The notes beneath the pieces are model-generated. The model was given only the letters and a program-made list of their open reading frames with translations. It was not told the DNA's origin and made no database searches. A program made the position numbers and the translations under genes. From contig CAMHMH010000010.1 of the NCBI GenBank assembly GCA_946186205.1, positions 2,777-66,776 on the forward strand: a DNA stretch of 64,000 nucleotides. Reading direction: 5' to 3'. Source of the stretch: an uncultured Fretibacterium sp. GTDB taxonomy: Bacteria; Synergistota; Synergistia; Synergistales; Aminobacteriaceae. Positions 10,811-20,608 of this stretch are shown here, in pieces (position 1 is the stretch's first letter; every line of letters starts with the position of its first letter).

Positions 10811-13800
10811 ATGGATATTGCCCGCGCCAGCATCAAGCGTACAGTAGTTGTACTTTTCATTTGCCTTCTTATTTCTCTTGGCGGTGTATCTGCCTATTTC
10901 AGCATCGGTAAACTTGAAGACCCAGCCTTCACAATCAAAACCGCAGTCGTAACAATCATATATCCAGGCTCAACAGTTTACGAGGCCGAACAGGAAGCCG
11001 CCAGCAGAATGGAAGACGCAATTCAGGCAATGGGTGAAGTAAAGAGAATCCGCACCCGTTCTTCTCCCGGTTCAGCAACAATTTACGTTGACATCAAAGA
11101 CGAATATACTACCGCTGACCTTCCGCAAGTCTGGAACATTCTCAGGCAGAAAGTCAATGACGCTCTCGTCAATCTCCCGGCAGGATGCACAGTCGTAATC
11201 AACAATGATTTCGGTGATGTATTCGGCCAGTATTACGCGCTCACAGGAGACGGCTACACAATGAGGGAGCTTTACGATTACGCGGACTTCCTCAAGAAAG
11301 AGCTTGTATTAGTCCCGGAAGTCGCAAAAGTCAGCATAGTAGGTGAGCAGACAGAAGCAGTTTACGTTGAGTTCTCATCAGCCCGGCTCCGTTCGTTAGG
11401 AATCTCATCAGCAACAATCTTCGACATACTCAATCAGCAGAACTCACTCTCAGTTATGGGAAAAACTTTTTACGGCGAGCAGTACGTAACAATAAACCCT
11501 ACAGGAGGAGTCATTAACGTTGAGGATTTCGGCGAGACTGTTATCGGAGGCGGCGAGGGCCATCTCATAAGGCTGAAGGAAGTCGCAGAGATTCGCAGGG
11601 CTTACGCTGACCCGCAGACTATGATGATGTTCTTCAACGGACAGCCAGCTCTGGCACTCGGAATATCTACGGTTACGGGCGGAAATGTCGTTACTATGGG
11701 CGAGGCTGTAGAGAAAAGACTTGAGGAGCTTGAAGAGGACTGCCCAATAGGCATGGAGCTTGCACCGATCTATATGCAGTCAGACGGAGTCGTGAAGTCC
11801 GTAAACGATTTCGTAATCAACCTCATAGAGTCGCTAGTTATAGTTGTAGGAGTCCTTCTTGTGTTTATGGGAGTGAGAAGCGGACTCATAATTGGTATTG
11901 TCCTTCTTCTGACGGTCGCGGCGACTCTCATCGTCATGAATCAGCAGGGGATTTTCTTGCAGCAGGTCTCACTTGCGGCCATGATTATCGCGTTAGGCTC
12001 GTTAGTCGACAATGCCATAGTCGTAACTGAGGGAATGCTTGTAGGAGTCCAGAACGGTCAGTCAGCAGAAGACGCAGCCTCTGACACTGTATCGGGGTCA
12101 ATGTGGGCGATGTTCGGCGGGACTGTCATCGCTGTTCTTGCGTTCGCGCCAATAGGATTATCACCAGACAGCACGGGCGAATTTTGCCGGAGTTTGCTTC
12201 AGGTTGTCGGAATATCTATGATGCTCAGCTGGCTTTTTGCTATCACGGCGACTCCCGTCATCGGAAATCTCATGCTCAAGCCCCCGAAACAGTCAGGAGG
12301 AGACCCATACGGCAGCTTTTTGTTCAGGGCTTACAGGTCATTTCTTGAGTTCTGCCTTCATTACAGGATGATGACAATTGTTGTTGTTGTGATAATGTTC
12401 GCGTTCTCTGCTGTTGTTCTGATTACGTCAGTCGAAAAAGTGTTCTTCCCGTCGTCAACAGCAATGTATTTCGTCGCGGATCTGTGGCAGCGCGAAGGGA
12501 CATCAATAAACGTTCAAAGGGACATGACAGAAAACCTTGCCGAACGACTCATGAAACGCCCCGACATCAAGAACGTTACGACCACAATCGGAAGCGGTAA
12601 TTTGCGTTTCATGCTGACATATTCACCGCCTGACGCTGATAATGCATTCTCGGAGCTTCTAGTAGAAATAAAACCAGGAGGAGATCCTAAAGCAATCCTT
12701 CAGGAGACTCAGCGAATCATTGATGAAGAAATGCCCGGTGTGATTGGAGTCTGCAAACTCTTCTCAAAGGGCGCGAGCATGGCTCCTGTCATTGAGGCAA
12801 GATTTTACGGCGATGATCCCCTTGTGCTGCGAAGCCTCGCGGAAAAAGCACGGCAAATCATGGAGCAAGACCCTATACATAACTGCGTGAGACTCGACTG
12901 GTACGACCGTGTTACGGTTTTCCGGCCTCAGATCCGCAAAGACAGAATGCAGAGCTTAGGACTTACACGCCCGATGATAAACAACGCAATACTCACAGGC
13001 ACTTCAGGCGTAACTGTCGGGACATTCAGGGACAAGAACAAATCACTTCCGATTCTTTTCAGCCTCATTCCTGAAGAGCGCAACAAGATTGATGCTTTGC
13101 AGTCATTGCCGGTATGGTCTCCGTCAGCAAAAAGGGCTGTAACTTTAGGCTCGGTGATTTCTGACCTTGAAGTCTCGTATGAAGATGAAGTAATCATGCG
13201 CAGAAACAGAAGGCGAGTCCTAAGCGTAGTGAGCGATGTAACACTCGGAAGCAACGTCTCAGAGATGCAGGAGAGAATACGCGCGAAAATCGAGGCTATA
13301 CCGCTGCCATTTGGTTACAGGTTTGAATGGGGAGGAGAGGACGAAAGCCAGAAAGACGCAATGAACGGAATGTCAAAATTATTCATGCCGTGCTTGATTC
13401 TGATGTTCACGATAATGGTGTTTCTGTTCAACGGATTCCGGCAGCCCTTTATCATTTTCGGCTCGATACCGCTGATTGTCATCGGAGTCGTTATTGGTCT
13501 CGTTATGGCGCACAAGCCGCTTGATTTCCTCTCAATCGTGGGAATCTTAAGCCTCGTGGGAATGCTCGCGAAAAACTCAATCGTACTTCTTGACCAGGTA
13601 GCCAGTGATTTCGCTTCAGGCAAAGACCGCTATCTTGCAATCGTTGAAACAGGCGTAAGCAGACTCAGGCCCGTATCAATGTCAGCAGTTACAACAGTGC
13701 TCGGAATGATCCCGCTTATTTGGGACAGCATGTTCGGCCCTATGGCTGTAACGATTATGGGAGGACTTACGGTCAGCACGATTCTTACGATGGTATTCAT

Positions 13801-13888
13801 ACCTGTAATGACTGCGGTTGCGTATAACGTACCTAACCCGGGCGAATACAGAAGCGATGACAGCGACGAAGAAGAGTATGAAGAGTAA
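10811..13888 (+). CDS. RND efflux transporter permease (AcrB/AcrD/AcrF family)
   Basis: Roughly 1025 aa with 12-TM RND architecture and a typical N-terminus, MDIARASIKRTVVVLFICLL. ATG at 10811 follows AGAAAGAGGA. The upstream ORF extension from 10688 is not RND-like. Confidence 0.9.
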   Translation: MDIARASIKRTVVVLFICLLISLGGVSAYFSIGKLEDPAFTIKTAVVTIIYPGSTVYEAEQEAASRMEDAIQAMGEVKRIRTRSSPGSATIYVDIKDEYTTADLPQVWNILRQKVNDALVNLPAGCTVVINNDFGDVFGQYYALTGDGYTMRELYDYADFLKKELVLVPEVAKVSIVGEQTEAVYVEFSSARLRSLGISSATIFDILNQQNSLSVMGKTFYGEQYVTINPTGGVINVEDFGETVIGGGEGHLIRLKEVAEIRRAYADPQTMMMFFNGQPALALGISTVTGGNVVTMGEAVEKRLEELEEDCPIGMELAPIYMQSDGVVKSVNDFVINLIESLVIVVGVLLVFMGVRSGLIIGIVLLLTVAATLIVMNQQGIFLQQVSLAAMIIALGSLVDNAIVVTEGMLVGVQNGQSAEDAASDTVSGSMWAMFGGTVIAVLAFAPIGLSPDSTGEFCRSLLQVVGISMMLSWLFAITATPVIGNLMLKPPKQSGGDPYGSFLFRAYRSFLEFCLHYRMMTIVVVVIMFAFSAVVLITSVEKVFFPSSTAMYFVADLWQREGTSINVQRDMTENLAERLMKRPDIKNVTTTIGSGNLRFMLTYSPPDADNAFSELLVEIKPGGDPKAILQETQRIIDEEMPGVIGVCKLFSKGASMAPVIEARFYGDDPLVLRSLAEKARQIMEQDPIHNCVRLDWYDRVTVFRPQIRKDRMQSLGLTRPMINNAILTGTSGVTVGTFRDKNKSLPILFSLIPEERNKIDALQSLPVWSPSAKRAVTLGSVISDLEVSYEDEVIMRRNRRRVLSVVSDVTLGSNVSEMQERIRAKIEAIPLPFGYRFEWGGEDESQKDAMNGMSKLFMPCLILMFTIMVFLFNGFRQPFIIFGSIPLIVIGVVIGLVMAHKPLDFLSIVGILSLVGMLAKNSIVLLDQVASDFASGKDRYLAIVETGVSRLRPVSMSAVTTVLGMIPLIWDSMFGPMAVTIMGGLTVSTILTMVFIPVMTAVAYNVPNPGEYRSDDSDEEEYEE

Positions 13889-13914
13889 AAATTTTTGCAG
13901 GAAAGGTGATAAAC

Positions 13915-15027
13915 ATGAAGAGACTAATTGAGATAATAATTCTGGTAGGCTTGGTATTCGGAGCATACAAGGGACTCGAATTAATGCGCGGGCAGGAAGA
14001 GGAAGTGAAGCCGAAAGAAGTCGTGCGTCCCGTGAAAACCATAACACTCAGAAGCAACGGGAAGGGCGGATTGTGGCAGTACTACGGAACATTGCAGGGA
14101 GGAAGGCGCGTTGATTTGTCGTTCAGAGTTGCCGGGCCGATAAGAAGCATACGAGTCGAAAAGGGAGCTTCCGTGAAGAAAGGCCAGCTCCTTGCGACTT
14201 TAGACCCCCGCGACTATCAGACACAGTTGAAGCAGGCGGAAAGCAATCAGGCTCAGGCTCAGGCGCAATACGAAAACGCGCAGGCAAACTTCAAGCGTTA
14301 TGAGAATCTCTACAAGCAGAAAGTCATAGCACGCTCACAGTATGACACGTACAAGACCCAATTGAATGTAGCTGAGTCATCGCTCAATGTAGCAAAGGCC
14401 GCAGCTACTGCCGTACGTGACTCGCTGAAAGATACTGAGCTGCGCGCGCCGTTTGACGGGGTAATTGTTGACAGGCTGGTAGAAAGTTTTCAGGACGTAA
14501 CAGCAAAGCAGACGATATTTATTTTGCAGGACATCTCCATGCTTGAGATCGTCTTCAATGTCCCTGACACCGACGTGATATGGGCCTCAAAAGCGACATC
14601 GTTAAAGCCGTCCTCAATCCGCGCAAAATTCGACGCGATTCCCGATGAGTCATTCCCTCTCACGCTGAAGGAGTTTGTTTTGCAGGCTGACAGAAGCACA
14701 AACACTTTCCCGGTAATCGGCGTAATGCCCCAGCAAAGAGACGTGGCACTCCTTCCCGGAATGACAGCGACTGTCGAGGTTGAAATCTTTGACTCAGCAG
14801 GCGGGGAAAGAGTCTTCACAGTTCCGCAGACTGCTGTTGTTTCGAGCGGCGACAAAACATATGTGTGGCAGTGTGAGAACAACGCGGTCAAACGAGTCAG
14901 CGTGAGGCAGAATACTCCGCACAACAACGGCTTCATTGACATCACAAGCGAGCAGCTCAGGGACGGAAATAAAATCGTCGTGGCCGGAGCGCATCTCCTT
15001 CATGAAGGCCAGAAAGTGAGAATGTGA
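13915..15027 (+). CDS. Efflux RND periplasmic adaptor subunit (HlyD/MFP family)
   Basis: N-terminal TM anchor. Coiled-coil QAQAQAQYENAQANFKRYENLYKQK hairpin region. Beta-barrel C-terminus. Lies directly downstream of the RND pump. Confidence 0.85.
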   Translation: MKRLIEIIILVGLVFGAYKGLELMRGQEEEVKPKEVVRPVKTITLRSNGKGGLWQYYGTLQGGRRVDLSFRVAGPIRSIRVEKGASVKKGQLLATLDPRDYQTQLKQAESNQAQAQAQYENAQANFKRYENLYKQKVIARSQYDTYKTQLNVAESSLNVAKAAATAVRDSLKDTELRAPFDGVIVDRLVESFQDVTAKQTIFILQDISMLEIVFNVPDTDVIWASKATSLKPSSIRAKFDAIPDESFPLTLKEFVLQADRSTNTFPVIGVMPQQRDVALLPGMTATVEVEIFDSAGGERVFTVPQTAVVSSGDKTYVWQCENNAVKRVSVRQNTPHNNGFIDITSEQLRDGNKIVVAGAHLLHEGQKVRM

Positions 15028-15053
15028 ACTCCTCTCAGCCTCATATGCTTTTG

Positions 15054-15091
15054 TCCCTTTCCTGAAAATTACGGGAGAGGGATTTTTTTTG
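15054..15091 (+). terminator. Rho-independent terminator
   Basis: TCCCTTTCC-tgaaaattac-GGGAGAGGGA hairpin followed by T8. Confidence 0.65.
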
Positions 15092-15289
15092 CTGCTGTAT
15101 TAATACAAGGGAGAATATTTTATGCGGCTGATATAATGAAAGTCTCCCCAAAGCCGCGACATAATATTTTGGAGATGATGAGATGAATATTTTTGCGGTA
15201 GTCAGCACAACATCGGCAGAACGTTTACGAATGAATATCAATGCGGCAAATAATCCCCTCAGCACGGAAGATATTGCATACTTGGAGTC

Positions 15290-15937
15290 ATGACGGCCAT
15301 GAAGATGAAGCAGGAATTTTTGCGGCTCGTGTTTCTTTTCTGCGGACTAACGGTTGCGCATCTTGGTGTTACTCTGTTCCTTCTCGCGAATCTCGGCGCA
15401 GATCCTTTCAACGTTTTCGTTCAGGGACTTAATCATTTAATGAGCGGCTTCAACCTGACGCACGGTATAATTCACATGTGCGTCTCCTTCATGATAATAC
15501 TTGTCCTGCTTGCTACAGACAGAAGCTACATCAAAGCGGGAACGGTTATATGTATGTTCTGCGGAGGCCCGATAATAGATTTCTTCATGTGGCTGCTTGA
15601 GGGTCTTGAGATAGAAAGCGCGGGATTGGTGATTAAGATTCCTGTTTTGATTCTCGGCTGTGTAATTCTTGCTTTCGGTATGACAATCGTAATAAGGTCA
15701 GAAGCAGGAACCGGGCCGAATGATTTAGTCGCTGTTGTGATAAGTGAAAAGTGTCATTTCAATTTCGGGCTTACGAGAGTGATAACGGACAGTATATTTG
15801 TTCTTGCGGGCTTCATTATGGGCGGCAAATTCGGAACAGGCACGATAATATGCGCTTTCCTGGTCGGGTTCGTTGCTGACTTTTTCATGCCATATTCGCA
15901 GAGATTAATAGACTTGGGACTCAAGCTGACTGATTAA
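15290..15937 (+). CDS. YczE/YyaS/YitT-family integral membrane protein
   Basis: 215-aa polytopic membrane ORF. GADPFNVFVQGL and GTGPND motifs are typical of this family (recognised from memory). Confidence 0.6.
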   Translation: MTAMKMKQEFLRLVFLFCGLTVAHLGVTLFLLANLGADPFNVFVQGLNHLMSGFNLTHGIIHMCVSFMIILVLLATDRSYIKAGTVICMFCGGPIIDFFMWLLEGLEIESAGLVIKIPVLILGCVILAFGMTIVIRSEAGTGPNDLVAVVISEKCHFNFGLTRVITDSIFVLAGFIMGGKFGTGTIICAFLVGFVADFFMPYSQRLIDLGLKLTD

Positions 15938-15994
15938 TGAGCACAGCAGGTATCATAACGCCCCCGGCATAAAAGCTGAGGGCAATTTTTGTTA

Positions 15995-17062
15995 TTAAAG
16001 TATGTTTGTGTCGATTCCGTATTTCACGAGCAGAGACGCAAAATCAAATCCGTTAATCAGGATTATGCCTTTTTCGGCAGCATATTTTTTTGTTTCGCCG
16101 CTGAACTCCTGAGTCATATTTATGAGAATGTTTATCTGCTTTTCGTATCCTTCTGTCCTGACAAGCTGAAAAGCACCCTCAATATCATTATCATCAATGC
16201 CCCTTTTGTTTTTCGCCTGAACATGTATCACCGGCACAAGCTCCCGTGAAAGTTCCGATGAAAGTTCAGAAATACTTTTAAGAAGCGTATTGTCCGTAAA
16301 CGACTCAAAAACTAAATCAACATCAGCCCCCTGACCGTCATATATATTGCTGTTAATGCATCTGTAACCGCATCTTGTGAAAAGCTCCTCAATGATTCTT
16401 TCAAGCTGTTTGGCTTCCCATCCGTTTATGACCCCGATAATGTTCATCAGGTAATCATTTCTTGCGTCAATAACTTGCTTTGAAGCCGAGAGAACTTCAA
16501 GCGGAGTTTTTACGGCGTGAGTGTCCGAGTCTGTTTTTTTCTCTGCGATGAGGCTTTCAGCTGCTTCGATGAAGTCTTCATTATGGACATTGTTTACTGC
16601 TTTGCGGTATGCCTTGAATTTTGCGCTTACTGTCTTTGAAGAGTCATTGAGGCCGTATGAGAAGCTCCCGATAAGTTCAACGCCTATCATATGACCGAAA
16701 TCATTGCTTTCATCATCCCGGTATCCCTCTGTAGAAATCGGCGCGAACGAATAGCCTTCTGTGCATCTCACAATTGTAAATGTGTTCGCCCATTCGTCAG
16801 ACGTTTCCCAGTCCCCCAGAGGAGAGTCAATATTCAGTTTCGGAATGATGAGAGTATCGCCCGGCTTCATGTCCAGCATAGGACGTATTATCCTGTAGCG
16901 GCGTTCCCCGTCATCGTATGTCCGCGCAAAAATATCTTCCCCGTTCCTGAGATCCGTGCCGTCACAGCCCCATCCCTGACGGAGTACTTTGTGTTCCTGA
17001 AGCTCTTTCTTGATCAGGTCGTAGCAGGCACCGTAATCAATTCTGAAAACGTAAAAGCCCAT
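15995..17062 (-). CDS. Mrr-like PD-(D/E)xK restriction endonuclease domain protein with an uncharacterised N-terminal domain
   Basis: C-terminal GQGADVDLVFES...VIHVQAKNKRG...GIILINGFDFASLLVKYGI matches the Mrr catalytic-core pattern (GxGDxGxD...QxK). ATG at 17062 lies 8 nt after AAAGGAG. Confidence 0.7.
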   Translation of the reverse strand: MGFYVFRIDYGACYDLIKKELQEHKVLRQGWGCDGTDLRNGEDIFARTYDDGERRYRIIRPMLDMKPGDTLIIPKLNIDSPLGDWETSDEWANTFTIVRCTEGYSFAPISTEGYRDDESNDFGHMIGVELIGSFSYGLNDSSKTVSAKFKAYRKAVNNVHNEDFIEAAESLIAEKKTDSDTHAVKTPLEVLSASKQVIDARNDYLMNIIGVINGWEAKQLERIIEELFTRCGYRCINSNIYDGQGADVDLVFESFTDNTLLKSISELSSELSRELVPVIHVQAKNKRGIDDNDIEGAFQLVRTEGYEKQINILINMTQEFSGETKKYAAEKGIILINGFDFASLLVKYGIDTNIL

Positions 17063-17108
17063 ATGATTTTCTCCTTTCATGTATATATTTTTTTTGAAAA
17101 CTTTAATA

Positions 17109-18080
17109 TCATAAACCGTTCAATATTTCCTCAGCGAATCCCTTCACGATCTCTTTCAGCTCTTCAGGCTCAATCACGATCACATGAGGCGCGCCAGACA
17201 TTACCCACCTCGCGAACTCATAGAGATTCGGAACTTCCGCTGACAATATCACGCCTCCTTCTTCGCACTCTTCAACCTTCTGCGACGGATGCCACTTCAC
17301 CTCGCGGAACGTCTGCGCTAATGGCTCTGAGATTCTGACCTTCACGGGAATTTTTTCATGTCCCGGGATAACATGCCACGCCGACAATGTATAGTCCTCC
17401 GTGAATCCTCCGTCTTCAGGCTTCACATACCCTTCATCACTTATTGACGCGCTTATTATCCGGCTGATTCTGTGAATGCTGAGAGTGTCATGCTTGTGAT
17501 TGTACGAGGCCATGTACCACGCATTGCCCCTGAAGTAAAAATCATACGGTGATAACGTCCAGTGCTTTGGCATTTTCCCCGGCGATGAGTAAAGAATGTT
17601 CACGGCTTTCTGCGAGCGTTTTGCCTCAACGAGAGTCCCGAAAATTTTTGCGTCAACTTCCGCGACTGGTATAGCATTGAGAGTCGATCGCGTTATCTCT
17701 GAACCTAGCGACAGAATTTCACCGGGCATATAGTTTCCGAGCTTCTCAAAGAGTGAGCGTGCAGAGTCTTTCAGGTGTGGCAGGAAATGTACGGCCATGT
17801 TCAAGCCCGCGCTCAAAGCTGTAATTTCGCTCTCGGTTATTCGCAGGTTCAAGTGAAATATTCCGGCACTCTCCATTACGTATAACTTGCTGTGAATGTC
17901 GTAGCGTATATCAGCTCCGTATATACCCCTGAGATAATACAGATCATTCTGAAGCGTCCTGTTGCTTCTGTATTCGCCAGCTGAGAATATTTCGTCATGA
18001 GTCGCTCTCACTTTCGACTGAAGGAACGCCATCACCCTCGACAATCTGTCATGACGCACTGAGGTCATATCTTTAGGCAT
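17109..18080 (-). CDS. HTH-WYL-WCX transcriptional regulator (BrxR/CapW/PafBC-like architecture)
   Basis: N-terminal wHTH-like region (RLSRVMAFLQSKVRATHDEIF). WYL-type core (SPYDFYFRGNAWYMASYNHKHDTLSIHRISRI). C-terminal extension. Start is ambiguous: 18080 is preferred because GAAAGG lies 10 nt upstream; 18113 and 18068 are alternatives. Confidence 0.75.
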   Translation of the reverse strand: MPKDMTSVRHDRLSRVMAFLQSKVRATHDEIFSAGEYRSNRTLQNDLYYLRGIYGADIRYDIHSKLYVMESAGIFHLNLRITESEITALSAGLNMAVHFLPHLKDSARSLFEKLGNYMPGEILSLGSEITRSTLNAIPVAEVDAKIFGTLVEAKRSQKAVNILYSSPGKMPKHWTLSPYDFYFRGNAWYMASYNHKHDTLSIHRISRIISASISDEGYVKPEDGGFTEDYTLSAWHVIPGHEKIPVKVRISEPLAQTFREVKWHPSQKVEECEEGGVILSAEVPNLYEFARWVMSGAPHVIVIEPEELKEIVKGFAEEILNGL

Positions 18081-20601
18081 TGAGTCCATACCTTTCACTG
18101 ACCGGCAGAACATACCCGCATGAAGGGCAGTAAGAAGTTCTGCGCTCTAAAATCCTTCCGCATTTCGGGCAGGGCTTTTCATTTCCCGTTACAGGTTCTG
18201 AGTCATTCACCGCGTTTTTGTCCGTCAGCTTTACTCCCAATGAGAGAAGAGCTTTCACCGCTTTAACATTCCCCGCGTCAACAGCAAGACTCATCAAGCC
18301 ATCGTGAATATCAGCTCCAAATTCAGCGAGGACTCCAATCACATTTGAGTCCCATTCGTGATAGTCTGACGTAACAGCGAGCATTGCGGCATTCTGATTG
18401 TGAATGTTGCGGGTGTTAATGTCTGCTCCGTTCTTGACGAGGAATTTTACGGCCTCTGCTTTGTTGAAGAATACAGCGTACATTAACGGCGAATAACCGA
18501 GCCACGTCTTATAGTTGACATTCCCGCCGTGATTGATTGAGTCCTCAATGTCATTCACAGTTCCCCAGCAAGCCGACAATAACATTATCATATCCCAGAA
18601 TCTTACCCATGTTCCGCCGTTGTCTGTTCCCGACTCTATCATCTCCCAAAGATGACTCAGCATATGACAGCTCAGCGGCCCTCCGTAATATTCCTCCCAT
18701 CCGTCATAATGCTGAATGCTTCTGACGTTGGTTATGTCTGCGGGATCATGCTTCCATAAAAATTCGGCTATGAATTTTGCCTGCTGAAAGTTATCAAGCA
18801 TGATACGTTCTCCCCTGTGCGAAAGAAATTCCCCGAACTGCGTATCACGGAGGCTGTGAATATCCGCGCCGTTATTGAGCAGCACATTCATCATTTCTCC
18901 GGGCTGATAGTAGCTATCACATCTTAAGGCGATTTCAGCAAGCGCGCTGTTTGTGTCATAATTCCCGGAAGCAATAACTTTCTTCAGGGCTTCGGGCGAA
19001 TAACAGAGGCATAACGGATTCATTTCCTCAATATCTCTTCGATGACTCCAGTTTTCATTGATGACATACGTTAATTCGGCACCTTCAGGGAGGACTAACG
19101 GCCATGTGATTCCGGCTTCTTTGAGTATTCTTAGAATCTCCGCTCCTTTGTCGAGCCTGCGTTTTATGTCAGTGTGTTGTGGTGAAGGTTTGCTCATGGC
19201 TTCGGGGAAATCGTTAATCCTGAATGCGAGTCCTGCTGACACTCTGAGAAATTCTGACAGGGATTCGCCGTAATCAGGCACAATTTTTTCGGGGGAGATA
19301 CGCTCAATGATTCCTCTTAGGGTCTCGGTGTCATATTCCGCAATCGAATCACAAAAAAGCCGGAGCGCGTGAGATTTGTTTGCTGGGTCAGTCAGAAGAC
19401 TCTTCCAGTTGCGTCGGAAATCTTGATATTCATCGTCAAAGACTTCACGGAGTGTACGAGATTCGGAAGGGTTAATTTTTGCCCCGGCGTTAATCATCAT
19501 GGGCAGGACCTCGCGCAGAAATGTCCGCACTTCTTCCGACTCTGAGAAGAAAGAATCGGCAGAGTTAAACATAATGTCAAGAACGGGTTTTATTCCGCAA
19601 TCGTCAGTAAAGTCCGTGTTCACATTCGCCCCCGCGTCAAGGAATGTGCGAACTATATCCGGGCGGGCGTATATCCATCTTGCGGCATTCGTGAAAGGAG
19701 TCATTCCGTTGTCGGCTGAAGCGTTAATGTCAGCTCCGTTTGCGAGAAGCAACTTCAGGATTTCGTGCGCGTTGTCGGTGTCTTTGCTGAAATCAATCAT
19801 CATAAGCGGTGTATATCCGTCAGTCTCAAGCTCTTTGGGGTTATGTCCCTTGCTGATGAATTGTCTGACAAGCTCAGGAGTTCCGAATCTCAAGCAGGCC
19901 GCAAAGAATGATTTTTCCGTGCCGAGTCTTTTTGTTCGCCCGTCGAGTCCGTTCTCAATCATGGCCGTGATGTTCTCTGCGCTTTCGTTCGCAAAGAGTT
20001 CGCACCAGCTCGTATAACCAGCGTCATACATGAGCGCGAAAATTTTTGCCGTGAATTTTCCGTCCTCGTTTGAATCCCATCTAGTTACAGACTTTACGCC
20101 ATGACCGCAAATTTCTTCTAGTATATTCTCTTCAATCCCCCAAAATGCTTCATGATCGTATTCTGCAAGAGGCACAGACATTATTACGTGTGCCATTTTT
20201 GAGCCGTGAATATCTCCGCACATTTCCGCCGCTTTTCGTATTGCGCTATCTACGTCATCGCCGCTTCCTGAACCGTAATGCACCGTTCCCGCGTTCCTGA
20301 AAATGCCTGCGAGTATTCTTGCGCTGTTGTCTGCAATCTCTGAAATATCTTCCGCGATTCCCTGTGAAATGTCTTCTTCATTCCGTGTGAATATTACAGC
20401 GTCAGCAATATCGGCGAATCTCTTCACGTCATAATTTCCCGCCGGGATTCCTGCTGTTATGATTCCTGACTCCCGCGCTGATTCTGCGAGCGTTATTGCG
20501 TCATTGAGTTTCGACTCTGTTATGCCCGTTATGAGAATGAAATCTGAGTCCTCAAAGTCATTCAGCGTTTCATTTTTCAGAATGTCAACTACTTTTATCA
20601 T
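18073..20601 (-). CDS. Degenerate FtsZ/tubulin-like N-domain fused to multiple ankyrin repeats and a C-terminal zinc ribbon
   Basis: The N-terminal ~170 aa are paralogous to the upstream 221-aa ORF. Ankyrin repeats include LLANGADINASADNGMTPF, LLNNGADIHS and LVKNGADINTRNIHNQNAAMLA. C-terminal CPKCGRILERRTSYCPSCG. Start is at 20601 or 20628. Confidence 0.7.
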   Translation of the reverse strand: MIKVVDILKNETLNDFEDSDFILITGITESKLNDAITLAESARESGIITAGIPAGNYDVKRFADIADAVIFTRNEEDISQGIAEDISEIADNSARILAGIFRNAGTVHYGSGSGDDVDSAIRKAAEMCGDIHGSKMAHVIMSVPLAEYDHEAFWGIEENILEEICGHGVKSVTRWDSNEDGKFTAKIFALMYDAGYTSWCELFANESAENITAMIENGLDGRTKRLGTEKSFFAACLRFGTPELVRQFISKGHNPKELETDGYTPLMMIDFSKDTDNAHEILKLLLANGADINASADNGMTPFTNAARWIYARPDIVRTFLDAGANVNTDFTDDCGIKPVLDIMFNSADSFFSESEEVRTFLREVLPMMINAGAKINPSESRTLREVFDDEYQDFRRNWKSLLTDPANKSHALRLFCDSIAEYDTETLRGIIERISPEKIVPDYGESLSEFLRVSAGLAFRINDFPEAMSKPSPQHTDIKRRLDKGAEILRILKEAGITWPLVLPEGAELTYVINENWSHRRDIEEMNPLCLCYSPEALKKVIASGNYDTNSALAEIALRCDSYYQPGEMMNVLLNNGADIHSLRDTQFGEFLSHRGERIMLDNFQQAKFIAEFLWKHDPADITNVRSIQHYDGWEEYYGGPLSCHMLSHLWEMIESGTDNGGTWVRFWDMIMLLSACWGTVNDIEDSINHGGNVNYKTWLGYSPLMYAVFFNKAEAVKFLVKNGADINTRNIHNQNAAMLAVTSDYHEWDSNVIGVLAEFGADIHDGLMSLAVDAGNVKAVKALLSLGVKLTDKNAVNDSEPVTGNEKPCPKCGRILERRTSYCPSCGYVLPVSERYGLNA

Positions 20602-20608
20602 GATGAGT

